Positions 26,135-42,800 of a stretch of 64,000 nucleotides of DNA are shown here, one piece after another. The DNA is from Octopus vulgaris (taxonomy: Eukaryota), in the NCBI GenBank assembly GCA_951406725.2, contig OX597823.1, forward strand, positions 112,964,001 to 113,028,000, in the 5' to 3' direction. The notes beneath the pieces are model-generated. The model saw nothing but the letters and a program-made list of their open reading frames with translations, made no database searches and was not told the origin of the DNA. The stretch's first letter is position 1; every line of letters starts with the position of its first letter. The position numbers and the translations under genes are program-made.

Positions 26135-26957
26135 AGGTTTTGTATTTGGTCCTGCTAGGTCCCTAGCAACTCTCCTCACTAGGCAAGCCTATTAAGGGTA
26201 CCTTTTCAGTCACTGATGACTCAGCTATGCAATAAGTTGTACTGGATTCCATGTTACCCTTAGCACGCATGAGACACCTCACAAGCGATGTAACAAGCAG
26301 ATATAAAAACACACACACACACACATGTACGTGTATCTTTCTCTGTTTTAGAGAATTGCGGCTGAATTGATGCGTCAGACTAAAATATCCGAAGTGACTT
26401 GTTTTCGAAACCCTGTAAAAATATTCAAAAGTAATGGGCCATATGACTAACAAAAATGTCTGAAACCATTAAAAGAATCTTGTTAACGGCTTTTGTAACC
26501 TAATACTTTTGTTGGTTGTACGGCGTCTTGTGTACAACGTTGATGTGGGCGAAGATTTTTCCAGAATAAAGACGAAAAATGAAACGATCATAATCACAGT
26601 CCCTCAGTATAAATAATTAAACAAAATTTTCTGGCCAATAGGCCAGAAAATCTGTGATACGGCTTGTGTGTGTGATACGCATGAATCTTTGATTTAAGTG
26701 CGTCGTAAGCAAACAAGCAATAACAAGCAATAAACAAGGCAATGACTCTTGATGAATCATTTGAAATTATATTGCTTATGTTATTGTCAATGAGGCTGAA
26801 TCAACATTATTCTATTTACCATGATGTTTATAGGTTATAAGATCCTTAGTGCTTTGGCAATTTACAGAACAATGGCATTAATAATTTCAGGCAACGTACA
26901 GAGCTACAACATATTAAATTCGCTAAAATTTTCGGAGTTATGGCATCGCTATAGTTA

Positions 26958-27474
26958 TCTATATATATAAAACTGTAGTTGTGTGAGTGTCTGTCTCCTA
27001 CGATTTAGATTCCTAACTCCTCCCACATTTTGCGGTGCAGTTTAACCAAATTCGGGTATCTTATAGTCGTGATTAATATCGAGCCCGTATGGCTATTAGC
27101 GCGCGTCTACGATGAGTCTACGATTTTAAAAATAATTTAACATCATTTTTTATTCCATTTTAATGCATAATTTTTCGTGTGTCGATGGCGGCGGAGTTGG
27201 CGTCCACGCTCAAACACCTGCACCTGTGTTTGCTTCTCCCCCTTCTTCCCTCCCTCGTGAAGCTGTGGGGAAGGGAGTTTAAGGAAATCAACGTCGTAAT
27301 GCGTTGTCAAGGAGACCAGCGTTCTTTTAGAACAACGACTTCATGGCTTGAAGACACCAAAACAGAAATGGCTAAGAAAGCCCGAATTGGCATCTATAAA
27401 GGAAGTAACTCTCTAAAAATGCTTATATAGTTATTTCCCTTACAAACCCGAGCAACGCCGGGCGATACTGCTAG
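26958..27474 (+). mobile_element. non-autonomous Helitron
   Basis: 5' end A|TCTATATATATAAAA, 3' hairpin CCCGAGCAACGCCGGG (27447-27462), then CTAG|T. No TSD; inserted between A and T. Confidence 0.88.
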
Positions 27475-28129
27475 TTAAAATATAAAGCGTTAACCATACG
27501 ACAGACTAATATTTTTGTTACATAACTAATACGATAATTTTTGCTAAAGACGTGTAATGAAGAAGGACTCTTTACAAAGAGGTATTAAGTTTGATGATTA
27601 ATCGAATAATATGTAATTTGAAATATGAATGAATCAATATACAATTAAACGTAAATAATGTTGGATTTATAAATATGGGTATGTAATTACACATGGTAAT
27701 ATACTGTATAGTTAGAACTATAAAATGTAATTAAATTATACGTAATTAACAGTACTTAATCACAACTAGGAAATACATTATATGATGTACACGCTATTAG
27801 AGTCTGGTAATTACAGATATATTTGGTTCAGGATTTTGTTGAGTGTGGGTTTTTGTTACCATAAATTATATTGTAGCGAGGCTGAAAGTATTTGATACTG
27901 TGGGGAGGTAAAAGTAATGGTTAACGATATGTTATTGACTTTACATTTCACAGCGACAAACTCTAGGCGATAATTGTGATTTAATGAAATCAATATAGTG
28001 AAATATTTCTTTCCTTCGACTTCGTTTTAAAAAATCAATATTTAATTGTTTTGAATAACAATTTATCATTAGGGTTTCAAGTCACATGTAACGAAAGGCA
28101 ATAGCAGAACCTCGTGACCCTTCTATGGA

Positions 28130-28280
28130 TGGCGAAGTAGCCAAGTCATTCACGCACCCGTTTAAATATGGTCTTTTGATATCTGTTTCCAGTTTTAAAT
28201 TCAAATCCAAACGAGGTTAACTTTGCCGATCATCCTTTCAAGGTCGATAAACAAAGTACCAGATTTGCGAATCTACTGGA
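28130..28280 (+). mobile_element. highly diverged SINE family A-related remnant
   Basis: TTCAAATCCAAACGAGGTTAACTTTGCC..ATCCTTTCAAGGTCGATAAACAAAGTACCAG. Confidence 0.55.
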
Positions 28281-28385
28281 GCGATATACGGGGAAGCCTT
28301 GTGGTTTGTATGCTGGCCCTGTATGCTGTGGGTTCAAAATCGTACCAAGACCGCCATTATGGTGCATTGGCCTTATCCAGATGAA

Positions 28386-29056
<671 letters not shown>

Positions 29057-29506
29057 AATAATAATAACAATAATAATAGTAATAATAATAATAATACTAA
29101 TACTACTACTACTAATAATAATAATAACAACAACAATAATAATAACAACAGCAACAATATATTAAACAATGATATCCGAACTCAAGGAGAATTTTTGTCC
29201 TTATTGAGTAGGGTCAAAAACATGTAAATTTTACCCGACTACGTCCGCTTTGTTTTCGCGTAACCTGTTAGAACTACCGAATGCGATCATATGACCAGTT
29301 AGAAAGAGCAGCTATTTTTTCTCTGATATTGCACTAACCATCTTATAAAAGGAAAAACATGTTGGACACATATTGCTTAATATATAACGATGATGACGAT
29401 GACGACTATGACGACAACGACGACGACGACAAGGTCATCCCAGAATGCTGGAAAAAGTGAGAGAGAAACCTCAGACTTTGGCCATATACTTGTAACTATA
29501 ACATAA

Positions 29507-30201
29507 TCTTCTCTCTATATATAAACGGCAGTTTGTCTGTCTGTGTGTCTGTGTGTCTGTCAGGTTGTACCCTCACCTTGACCACGGCTTTCAACCGATT
29601 CTGATGAAACTTGACACACACGTAGCCCAATGTCATAATTCAAAACTAACGCTGCGAAAATTTTGAAAAGTTCCCCCAGTTCTGAAAAAAATTTTATAAA
29701 TTCGACATGGGTCGAGAATCTAAGCTTTTTATATGCAACACATTTTCTACAGACTGTCTAGGGGACGCAACTCGATCAAACTGAACAAACGAATGGAAAA
29801 GGTTTTTTGATGCACACGACAAAAGCGGTTTATAATAAACCAAGAGTTTGCAAATAGCATCCGAGGACCCTTAGGGTACGTCAAAAATTTAAGGTAAAAC
29901 GTTTGGGGTGGTAGTTATAAAGAAAGTGTAAGCAAAAAAATTATTCGAATAACTTGCGTCTGCAGCAGCTATTAGCAGAAGTGGCGGTGTTGGGGGTAAA
30001 GTCTCGAATGTAATTTCTTCCAGGTAGGAATTGGTTGGGTTGAACTATCGATAGCTGTTTGATAGTTATTTGGGAGTGAAGAGAAGACATTGCAACCTAC
30101 ACATGTGCCTTCGTTCCCTAGAGGGAAAGGGCTAGATTGGGATTAGTCGTTGCCTACTAGGGGCTCTTACATACCCGGGCAACGCCGGGCTATGCTGCTA
30201 G
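29507..30201 (+). mobile_element. non-autonomous Helitron (second family)
   Basis: 5' end A|TCTTCTCTCTATATATAAA..TGTCTGTCTG, 3' hairpin CCCGGGCAACGCCGGG, then CTAG (30198-30201) followed by T. Confidence 0.85.
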
Positions 30202-32213
30202 TATAGAATAACTGAGGACCAGGTAGTTGTATTAAAACCAGTTGACAGATTAATTCTACCAGTCAAAAGTATCTGCAATCCATTGGATAGCCTCCATATT
30301 AATTTTGAATACTCAATCAATATTATTGTGCATGATTTAGCAGCTAAATTCCTCCGATATCACATACCACCATCCTAAAAAGTGAAGGGCACATTGGAGG
30401 TTTCGACACTCGAAATGTTATATAAATTGCATTGACTCAAGTACTTCCCTGGTTCTTTATTCATAGACTACATTTAGGATAAATGGCGGGAACAAAACTG
30501 GTGGTGATTTTAATTTAGACTGTGAAGTGGTATACTTAATTCTCCCATCCATTTTACAGAAAGTATTTGAATGGGAAGGGGCATTCAGTGTCGGATCTAT
30601 GGTTGAGTGATGCAGTTGGAGAGAAGTAACATGAATGTTGCTTCCGCTGTTGTTTATATTATCGTTCAGTCCTCATCCAGCTTTTGTCTAGTATATCTAT
30701 GACCAAACAAGTTCCAACCGGGACCGCATCGTTCCTTTAGAAGCTACGATGGCTCAATGACTACATTATAAGATGTCTTTCATTTAAGATAATGATGTTT
30801 GTTCCGAGGACAGTTTATTTACTAATTTCTAGCTAATATGAAAACAATCCCTTGGTGATTCGTGAATTATCATGTCGTTTTACAATGATAGTATGGATAG
30901 GTTAAACATTTCTGAAGAGCAGACTCAATTTGTTCTATTTTACACGAGCAGCGGATACAGTAGTAGCAGTATAGGATACAGGAGTATGACATAAAATTTA
31001 TTCTATGGGCGTGATAAAATCGAGAATAAATTTAAGTTTAACACGTGGGCATCGGGGTTACGTCACTTGTATAGTTCTTTTTAAATGGAAATATACATGA
31101 ATTTATAGCTAAAAAAAGGAGAAACAATTATGAAGGCAAGGGAACAATTATACCAAGGTTATGAGCACCATAGAATACAGCTAAACTTCAACAAGAACTA
31201 AATATCAATAAAAGAAGCCAATGAGGGGAAACTCTGTGTAGCCGTGCTAGCAGGAGTGGTTTTGGCTAAATGAAGTGCGAGATATATTGTGTCTAGAAAA
31301 GAAAAGAAAACGAAAACAAACGTAATGATCGTGGTTGCGAAGCGTTTGATGATTGATGTACTCCATTAACACTAATCAGTCGCTAATCAACATCAGCAAC
31401 AACCAAAGCAACAACTTAAATTGGATTCCTTTCGTTACATATCTAATCCCTTTGGCAATAAGATGAACATCACAAAATCTAATTTTATATTCCTTCTAAG
31501 TATGAACCCATGTGATTATGTATTAAATCAACAATTTTTTTTCCTGATCTCTTGGAAATATATTATTCTAACTGAAAGTTCGGTAGAACTTATCTAAATC
31601 AGCAGCTAGGCTGTGCAGTCTTTGTATTTAGAGATTTGCAGTCTTTTAATTCAAATCGAAGACGTTAACGCAAGATGCCAACAATAGATGTATAACGACA
31701 TAACACACCTTCTCTTTGAAGACTGCAAGCCAATAACATAGAATTGGTGAAAGTCTCCCAGTCTCAAAGGCCAATCATCAAATTTAATCTCATTCATTCC
31801 GATTTTATGAGTTTTCTGAATTGTCCGATTGCTTTGATGCTTCATGCATACACAGCACGCACACACATATACACACACGTACACAAACACACACACACAC
31901 AATACATACGCTCATACACACACTCACGAATACACAGCCACACACACACACTGGCACAAACATACATATAGAAACACACAAACACAAACACTCACATAAA
32001 TATAACATACGCATAGAGACATTCGAACAAAACACACGCAGATGCATGCACACACTCACATACAGACACACAAATACACACACATGTATGTGTGTGCGTG
32101 TGCACGTGTGTGTATGTTTTTGGTTTGAGTGTGTGTATATATATATTTAAACGGTTATATAGCAAGTGTATATATGAATATATAACTTATATATATATAT
32201 ATATACATAGGTG

Positions 32214-32248
<35 letters not shown>

Positions 32249-32626
32249 ATGTGTGTGTCAGTGTGTGTACATATACTTGCACACACACACACACACATGC
32301 CTATATACATACGTAAGTGGGTGTGCATTTGTGTATGTGCGTGTGCACGTATGTTTAAGTGAGTGTGTCAGTGTGTGTGTGTGTGTGTTCTCTGGTCATG
32401 GTTATTTATGTATGTGTATGTCTGTGCATGTATGACGGATTTCTTTTTCAGCTTGAAGTTTCAACTGTAGGTCAAAGTGAATATTATTTGACTGCAATTT
32501 CGCAGCCATTGCCATCACGGTTAAAGGAAATTAAATCGTAAATATTCTACATCCATTCAGTCGATAGATTGTTGGAACTGTCAAAACTGTTATATCATTA
32601 CTTCCATTAGTATGTGCCTTTTACTT

Positions 32627-32708
<82 letters not shown>

Positions 32709-33531
32709 GAGTAAGAAAGAGGAGAATTGCTTAGAGGGCACGCACTTCTATTTGTGCATGTCTTTTCGTTTCATACAAAAAATGTCACAAATTCAAGAGG
32801 TTTGTCTCATGCACAGTTAATTATATCTATATTTTATCGTTGAAAACGTGTTACCAAAAAAGGAGTTATTTAACGAACACTTACTTGTACTCGAACCTAT
32901 GTCGTATCGAAGTGTGAGTCAATAAAAAATAAGAAGTTATTTACTGATGACAAATCTCTAATTTAGCCGTCTGTTACGGTATATACAAATGGAAGTTGCA
33001 ATAAGAATTCATTTGTTTAACGTCATAAATCTGCGTTTTTTAAATTTTTTTCTATGTCCTTGGCTGTGTCATTTTCTTGTTCGCAAAAGGTGTCACCATG
33101 AAGCAACTCATTACCAAACGCGCAACTCTCCTTGTATGTGTCTTTTATGTTGGATGTAAATGTATGCTTTAAAAAGAAGTGATTAATATATCAAAGACAC
33201 CTGTCTATTTGTATATGCCTCTTACTTGCATACAAATGTGTGTTATGAAAAAATGGAATTGTTTAACTCTTACACACATACTGGTGGTCGGTAAAGTTCT
33301 TTGAAAAATCATCTACAAATTATTCAAATCATTCACTGCCGTTTCAAAATGAGGGTGTGCATATTAGATAAAGCATGTTTAGACATACACTTTTTAAAGC
33401 AAAACCACAAAGCTTTATCACATAATTACCATGTTTCTCTAATGATCAAGTTTCACAACGAATATATAATGTAAGATAACAAGCTGGCGGAGTCGTGGGA
33501 GCGTCTGAAAAAATTGCTGGCTTTGTGCCAT

Positions 33532-33610
33532 TCTTCTTCTTCTTCTTCTTCTTCTTCTTCTTCTTCTTCTTCTTCTTCTTCTTCTTCTTCTTCTTCTTCT
33601 TCTTCTTCTT

Positions 33611-33640
<30 letters not shown>
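33532..33640 (+). repeat. (TTC)n microsatellite
   Basis: Direct reading of the sequence. Confidence 0.98.
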
Positions 33641-33641
<1 letters not shown>

Positions 33642-33642
33642 G

Positions 33643-35025
33643 CATCCAGTCGTTAGTTATTTGAAGATATTTATTTGGCAGGTCCAAATGTGGTGGTTTT
33701 GTAAAAGATCTCAAACTGGATCAAACTCTGACCTCCTGGGGCTAAAAAAGGGTAAAAATGGATCCATGTCTGCCTTTGGGAGGTGCGTCTTCTTAAAAAT
33801 CAGCAACTTGCGTATTTTTCTGTTCATGTTCTATACTTCAATCATATTTCATTTCAACACATTGAAGCTCGTAATAATAACTGGAATTGCTAAGGAGTTT
33901 ATAGCTAACACATTGTTACGTGTATTTAGTTCAAATTTCTGAACTGCTTCAAGTCTCCTGTAATATTCCTCTCCCATTTCTCTCTTTCATGATCGTATGC
34001 TGAATGCCACAGCTTTCATTTAAATCTGGGTATTTGTAGGTTAGTTTCTATTCAAGTACTTTTATAACTCTGTTGACATCTAACACGACTGAATTTTGAA
34101 GTCTTCAATTTCTCTTTCTAGAAAGTGGCCATGGTACGCTTATCGAGACCAAACTCTATCTTGATATCATTACTGAATGCTTTCACTGTACCTAATAGGC
34201 ATTTAAGCTCATCATTGTCTTTGCTGCTGAGTTTTAAGGCATCCTTTTAAAACAGATGGCTTATTTTCTGTTTCCCAATTTTATGCCCATATTCTGTTCA
34301 ATTAAATTTGCCCGTAGTGGGTATTAGAGCTATGGCAAAGATTAGAAGTGAATATGGGTGGTAAATGCCATATTTGAAGTTAATGTTGTTTGAAGTTAGC
34401 ATTTCATTAGGATGATGCAATTGGAGATTCTTATTCCACAATAACATATCATGCTTCAGGAAATTTGAAATTACGGGAGAAATTTCGAAGATGTCTTGCG
34501 ATTTCATGATCCATGAATGTGGTATGTTTCTGAAAGCCATTTTTTAATCAATCCATGCGGAACTGAGATTTCTGTGCTTGTGACAGTTTTCAGGGATCAT
34601 GCAATTAATTACGAGTTCATCTTTGCATCTTTGTCGGCACATTTTTTCTTCATTGGGAAAGATATTCGTCTGTTCCTAAAATGCATGTTTTCCCCCCAAA
34701 CAATAGACGCGACCGGTAAGCTTTTGAACTTTGGTTTCATTATCCTTTAGGACTAGGTAAATAAGACCATTTTCTAATCAGTCAGGTATTTTCTTAGGAT
34801 CTCTCATAATTTCATTGAACATCTAAACTAACTTTTCCTGTGCGCACGATAGCAACAAAATTGGGATTTCCATTTATGAGCCTTCGTGAGTTTCATCTTT
34901 AGGTTTGTTTTGGGGATATTTTCACACGCTTGTTCTTGGCATGATTCTTCTGTGTGTCTAATGCAATTTGCATATTCATTGTACGCCTTCTCATCACTCC
35001 ATATCTTTTCCACAAATTCCCCTAC
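33643..35025 (-). mobile_element. decayed Dong/R4-clade reverse transcriptase region
   Basis: Minus-strand fragments in order: EFVEKIWSDEKAYNEYA..LTKAHKWKS; AFRNIPHSWIMKS..FLKHDMLLW..INFKYGIY; LLIFAIALIP; ISHLF*KDALKL (decayed YMDDLKL); FSNDIKIEFGLDK; HLPKADMD; KYLQITNDWML. Confidence 0.85.
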
Positions 35026-36412
<1,387 letters not shown>

Positions 36413-36989
36413 TACAAAATAAAATTTGTCAGCCAGTGTGACTGAAAACAAACTTCCTCGCATTTCGGCTATAACACAATTTCTGATGTAAGATGAAGCA
36501 ACAACATTCACACTTGCCGTGTAAAGTGAATCAGTGTACATCACTGAATTACAGGTATTTAGGGATCTCTACACCACATGAACGCAGTAAATATTTGATA
36601 TAATTTCCACACAGGTATAAATTTAAAAAGAAGATTTAATATTGATGAAACTACTACAATATGTTTCATCGACTGAGAAGCATGGAAATGCCGAGGTAGA
36701 CATCATAGAATATATAGAAAAAGAGTAAACCATTACGGAGATGTACTTGCATAGCAAGTGACTTGATCTGAGATCGTGTGCTGAAACAAAAATGAATTCA
36801 AGCGTAGAAGATGTTTATAAGCATCACGAATTTTTGTCAGTGAACAGGTCGCGGTTTCAAACCGACGAAAATAATTTGGCACAAATTAATGAAATGTTGA
36901 AATGAATCTAACGGGGTTTTTTTTGTGTGTTTTAAATGGTTTATAAACATCTTCCACAATAGAAGGGTAAACCATATATAGAAAAAAAT

Positions 36990-37221
36990 AGGCGGCGAGC
37001 TGGCAGAAACGTTGGCACGCCGGCCGAAATGCGTAGCCGTATTTCGTCTGCCGTTACGTTCTGAGTTCAAATTCCGCCGAGATCGACTTTGCCTTTCATC
37101 CTTTCGGGGTCGATAAATTAAGTACCAGTTACGCACCGGGGTCGATAGAATCGACTTAATCCGTTTGTCTGTCCTTGTTTGTCCCCTCTGTGTTTAGCCC
37201 CTTGTGGTTAGTAAAGAAATA
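36990..37221 (+). mobile_element. SINE family A (young copy)
   Basis: TSD CATATATAGAAAAAAA at 36973-36988 and 37222-37237. Confidence 0.92.
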
Positions 37222-37894
37222 CATATATAGAAAAAAAATTATATCGGTGCTCTAATCCTTTTGTTAACTCTTGTCATTCTATGAATACAAACTATAGTAG
37301 TAGAAACTTGCAGATTTAGGTTTGTATGAAAAAACTCAAGGCATATTAACATTATATCAACTCCATTTTCATTTTCATTAATTTCAATTTAGACTCAAGA
37401 AAATTTTAATTCACAGCGACTAAATTGATATTCATTGTTGTTTTAATGTATTTTACTTTCGACTCATTAGAACCGAGATCTTTTAATGAGTGAAGTTATT
37501 GGAGATTTTCACTGTTTTTCATTTTTCTTTTTTTTTTTTTTGTCATTTACATTCAATCTCAATTATATTGTCTAATTAATCGTAGTTTCAGATTGAGAAT
37601 TATTTAAATTCAGAATCTTTTGGAACCTTTTAGCTTAAGTACAGTTGATATTACTTTCTTATTCAGTCACATTGTCGTTTGAAATAACTAACAAACTATT
37701 CATTGCGTTTTTTCTTCTCTATATATTATTATAATTCTAACCATGTCTCTGTTCGGGTGTCAAAGAGAGATATAACGCACACTATTTGTACAAGTATGGT
37801 AAGGTGAATCTGAAGTATAAGACGTCGGTAATATTGTGAAGTTGAAGATTAGAGGGTAACGTTACTTATCTATAGTTGCATCACTACAGAATGC

Positions 37895-38334
37895 GGACCT
37901 TTTCGGTTTGAACGACAGTTTTTAACATAATTTCTAGGTAACTAAAAATTTTAAACTTCGTATACTGGTGGAATGTGTTTATAAAACATCTTTTTCTCTT
38001 GCCTTTATTGAGAAAATTCTATAGTTAGTAAGATATTTGCTGTTTTTTTCTTCAATTTCTGCAATTTCAACCAATCAATGACGTCCATTGAGTTAAAAAT
38101 CATTCTGTGCCGTATGAATATGTCCCTCGTTTAAGAAACAGGTTGGGTTTATTTACATTTGTGAAGAAAAAAAGATACCCTTCCCCACCCCACCCCTAAC
38201 CCTAACTAACCCTAACTCTGACCCTAACCCTAAAACAGATTGAAATGCAATAGATCGAAACTAGGGTCATAATTATGGGTGACAATTTCATATGACACCG
38301 CTAGAAAAAACTGCCGTTCAAACCGAAAAGATCC
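37895..38334. mobile_element. MITE with GG...CC termini and 8-bp TSD (Merlin-like)
   Basis: TIRs GGACCTTTTCGGTTTGAACGACAGTTTTT and AAAAACTGCCGTTCAAACCGAAAAGATCC. TSD CAGAATGC at 37887-37894 and 38335-38342. Internal (CCCTAA)-like repeats. Confidence 0.85.
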
Positions 38335-40604
38335 CAGAATGCACTTTATGTGGCGGCAAATGAAGTGTCCTGAATGACATTACTCAATGTAAGAATGGAG
38401 AGACTTGTGAGAGATTTTGTGTCATTTCTATCAGACGAAGCGATACCGAAGATGCCTGTAACTCAGCTAATTTTACAACGGTCCTTCTCTCAACTAAGAA
38501 AGCCGTCACCAAATCCTATTCATTTACCTCTTCCGTTCTTGTCATATTTAACCCGTTCATCTACTTCATCTACTCCCATATATTGCAACAAAGTGATGAT
38601 GTGTTAAAAAACAAAAAACTAAGTGGTAATGTTACACTAAGTGTAGGAGTCCATGACACAAAAGAAAACTGAATTTGTGTTGTCATGATGTTTTGTAAGG
38701 CTTGCAAGCTAAATTTCACAGGTTTAATTATCTGCGATAAGAGAGAAAGAGTATATTCAGGATTATAAAATAAAATAATGCAAGTTTTGAACATTTATCA
38801 CATAAAATTAATTTGCAAAGGTATAGCTAAGAAGCCACCCTAAAAAAACTATAAAACCCTCAAGGCCCTTCATATTTCTTTTAGAATCAGGAAACATATT
38901 TCACCTTTTTTTTAACTCATAAAATGGCGCTGATTGAACAAACCAAGGACCAAATAAATTCTAATCGTTACAATCTCTTATTCGTTTTCTTCTGGGCATA
39001 ATGAAGACCAAGGTACATTTCCAAACGTGTTCTTGAAATTTTAAAACAGATTAGCGCATTATTTGAGGAAGTTTTCCCCGTTAATTTTAGCAGCATCAGT
39101 AACCACATAGAATATTTCTCTCTGGATTATTGGTAACTGATATTTAGTTAGACATACTAAACTAACCAGAAGTGTGTATTTTGCATCGATTACTACAATT
39201 ATTCGAATTATTTATGACATCATTTATAATTAAAATTGTATTTCTAATTTACTGCAATTTAAATTTGCTTCAAACACTAATGTATTTCATTCAATTTTAT
39301 TCCATTTCCTTACAAATTTTCTCCGTTTTAAAAATTATTGCTTTGTTTTTTATATTCCATTCTTGTCTGTTGTAATGACGTTGAATTTTAAAATATTTTA
39401 TCAGATTGAATGGAATTCGTTTCAGATTCAATATAATATCATTTAAATATATTACACTTTATCATTAGATATATTTTAATTTCTTTTCATTCTTAATTTC
39501 TATTTGATGCAGTAACGAATTACCATCTGAATAGAACAGCTTAAATGTCAATTAATGGTAGTTATTTAGGTGGAAGGCCACAAATGTATCACCGAAACAA
39601 AGGTGTTACAACATTAGATTTTTTTTGAAGTGGTGAGAAAAAAACCTACTGAAAGTAGATTTATGCTTCAAACAATATTAGAAACGGCAAAACCCGCAAT
39701 AGAAATTAAGATATATATATACACCTGAAACGTCTTGGGTGTGAAAGAATTATTGACCTCAGCTGCCTTTATACCTAATGGTACCAATATTACACTGCTA
39801 AAACATCTAGAAGCTGAGGTACCAAGTCATTACTCCATGCTAATCATTGTCATCGCTACCACACATGCCACCCGTCTTGCTGCATGTATATTACCCACTA
39901 CATTAAACCATCAGTTTTCTCAAAAGACTGACACAAAATACTTGATGGCGTCAACAATAAAAAAAGAAAGAAACACCGTAGTACATATTATCTTAGTAAT
40001 GCCAATGTCAGAAAAGCTTGTGACTCCAATACCCGTTCTATACCCATATCAATAAATTCTCAACTCTACCTAAAGAATGAAACAGAAGAACGCAAAGTAC
40101 TAACAAGCAAGGTACTGCAAGGATTCCGAGATTTTTTAAGTGCATTTACAATGCATCCACAACTTGTAATTCTCAGAGTGGTGTACCGTCCACCCTGCTA
40201 TCCATACTTTTTATGTTAAAGCTACACAACTTTCACACAACAACAAAATACATACACTAATCATATTATTATAAGTTTATACGCCAGGATTCCTTTAATT
40301 TGCGATAAATTCTTTCTTTGTTTTTCTACAAATTTCAGTCGCAGAAAAAGTAGGGCATATTACACTCTACAAAAATGTGGTACGGAAGGAGCAGGGTGTT
40401 TGCAGACTAGAGTCCTGGCCTTCATGCCTGCAAGAGGTCTGCTGAACGTAACTTCTGAACTTAAGTTAAATCAGGTTATAAATGAAATCTAACATCCTAG
40501 TATTCCGTGGTGGGATTTGAAATCAGAGCGCAAAGAGCTGTAACAAGTACTGTAACTGTCTGGTCGAATCTCTTAGAATAACGCAGTCGTCCGCATGGTA
40601 TAAA

Positions 40605-40740
40605 CATGTTGTTTTATCGACCCCAGAAAAATGAAAGGTGAAGTTGATCTTGAGAGGATTTGAACTCAGAGCACTTAAACTTTAGATAAATACCGTACGA
40701 CATTCTGTCCAACACTCTTAGGAATCTCAATTCGCCGATG
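40605..40740 (-). mobile_element. highly diverged SINE family A-related remnant
   Basis: TTTTATCGACCCCAGAAAAATGAAAGGTGAAGTTGATC..ATTTGAACTCAGA. Confidence 0.55.
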
Positions 40741-41038
40741 CTGTAGGTTGAATTGTATTAAATTTTATCAAAAAATAGGAATACATTTTAGATTAGGACT
40801 TTATGATTTCTAAATATTGTTAACAGTCTGAATTTTATGAAGTTTATTTTTATAATTTTGGATGTTATCAGTGTATAGAATGATGAATGTACGCACACAC
40901 ATACACGGACAAATATATATGTGTGTGAGTGTGTATTTCATATGTATATACATTTATATATAATATATATCACATATGTATATATATATATATGAAACAT
41001 AATTTAGAAATTTAAAAATATAAAATATTGTACAAAAT

Positions 41039-41075
<37 letters not shown>

Positions 41076-41728
41076 TACATACATACACACACATATGTGT
41101 ATATATATATATTCACACACATATGTATATATACATAAGTGCATGTATACATATATATATATCTTTGTGCCTGTGTGTGTATTAACATGCACGCAAATTC
41201 TCTACAGATTTTACTCTCTACCGACCACCTCCAATGATATAATACATAATACATAATTGAATTACAATTGCTATACATTGGCGTATAATATAATTAGAAT
41301 CTTCACAGATTGTTATATGATATACTCAACTAAACAAGAAATAATTCTTTCTAGATAAGATATTAGTTGACAATCTGTTGTATTCTTTATATTTAGACAC
41401 AATTCTCTTCCTCGACTTCCGCCCCCACACACACATACATGTTTAATCCAAACAAGAACACGGTCTGATGTAGGTTTTAATTAAATAATGTCTCACTTAT
41501 TTCATTACTATTGTTTCGAATTGCAATTGTTATAAACCAACGTAGTTCGTGTATTTTTTTTTTATATTTCGTTTATAAATTTTGTATTTTTCATGCCAAA
41601 ATTTGACATTTTTGATATTGCCATTGTTTCTCCTCGCTCAGTCACTCACTCACTCACTATCGCTATCTGTCTGTTTGCTTCGTGGCGCCATCCCTTTCAC
41701 ACATTATCTCTCGTATATACATTCACGT

Positions 41729-41984
41729 GAAGGCGCCATGGCCCAGTGGTTAGGGCAGCGGACTCGCGGTTTCGATTCCCAGACCGGGCGTTGTGAGTGT
41801 TTATTGAGCGAAAACACCTAAAGCTCCACGAGTCTCCAGCAGGGGTTGGTGGCGATCCCTGCTGTACTCTTTCACCACAACTTTCTCTCACTCTTCTGTT
41901 GGCCTGCTCGCTTAGCCAGCTGGGTGGCAAAGCGCATTGTGACCAGCGATGTGTAGCAACATCTGATAGCCTGGTCGGTCACGG
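41729..41984 (+). mobile_element. SINE family D with internal deletions
   Basis: Collinear with 14966-15271 but lacks two short internal segments. Confidence 0.85.
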
Positions 41985-42348
41985 GAATATGCACACACAC
42001 ACACTTACACACACGTACACACACGCACGCATATATATGCATTTGTTATACATCTTTTTCCCAATGCTCTTCACATATTTATATATTCTTAGGTTTCATT
42101 TGTTAATTGTAGTTGTAATGCAGCTGATGCCATCGAGGAAGATGTACCAGTTATTAAAATAGTGGTGATGGTGGTATTTTCAAATAAGTATTTTGCTAGC
42201 TATATTTCATTCTGTTACCATTATACTCATATTCTCCGGGTATGTATTTCGTTTGTCAATTATCTTTCGTGTCTCAGTTCACCACCCTGTGTTTGTTGTT
42301 GCTGTTACGACCTGCTTCAAGCCTGATTAAACGAAAATCTGATTAAAT

Positions 42349-42511
42349 GCGCAGGAGTAGCTGTGTGGTAAGTAGCTTGATTACCAACCACATGGTTCCG
42401 GGTTAAATTCCCACTGCGTGGCACCTTGGGAAAGTGTCTTCTACTATACTCCCGGGCCGACCAAAGCCTTGTGAGTGGATTTGTTAGACGGAAATTGAAA
42501 GAAGCCCGTCG

Positions 42512-42584
<73 letters not shown>

Positions 42585-42800
42585 ATGCATTTCCGTGTAT
42601 GTGTTTGTGCCCCCAACATCGCTTGACAACAGATGGTGGTGTGTTTACGTCCCCGTAACTTAGCGGCTCAGCAATAGAGACCGATAGAATAAGAACTACG
42701 CTTCCAAAGAATAAGTCCTGGGGTCGATTTGCTCGACTAAAGGCGGTGCTCCAGCATGGCCGCAGTCAAATGACTGAAGCAAGTAAAAGATAAAAGATAA
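42349..42800 (+). mobile_element. SINE family B with internal (CA)n(TA)n(TG)n
   Basis: Collinear with 7142-7603 and 57957-58380. Confidence 0.9.

Noticed and set aside
38194-38233. Telomeric repeats as evidence of a chromosome end or fusion
   Set aside because: Only about six degenerate units are present, and they lie inside a TIR/TSD-bounded MITE.
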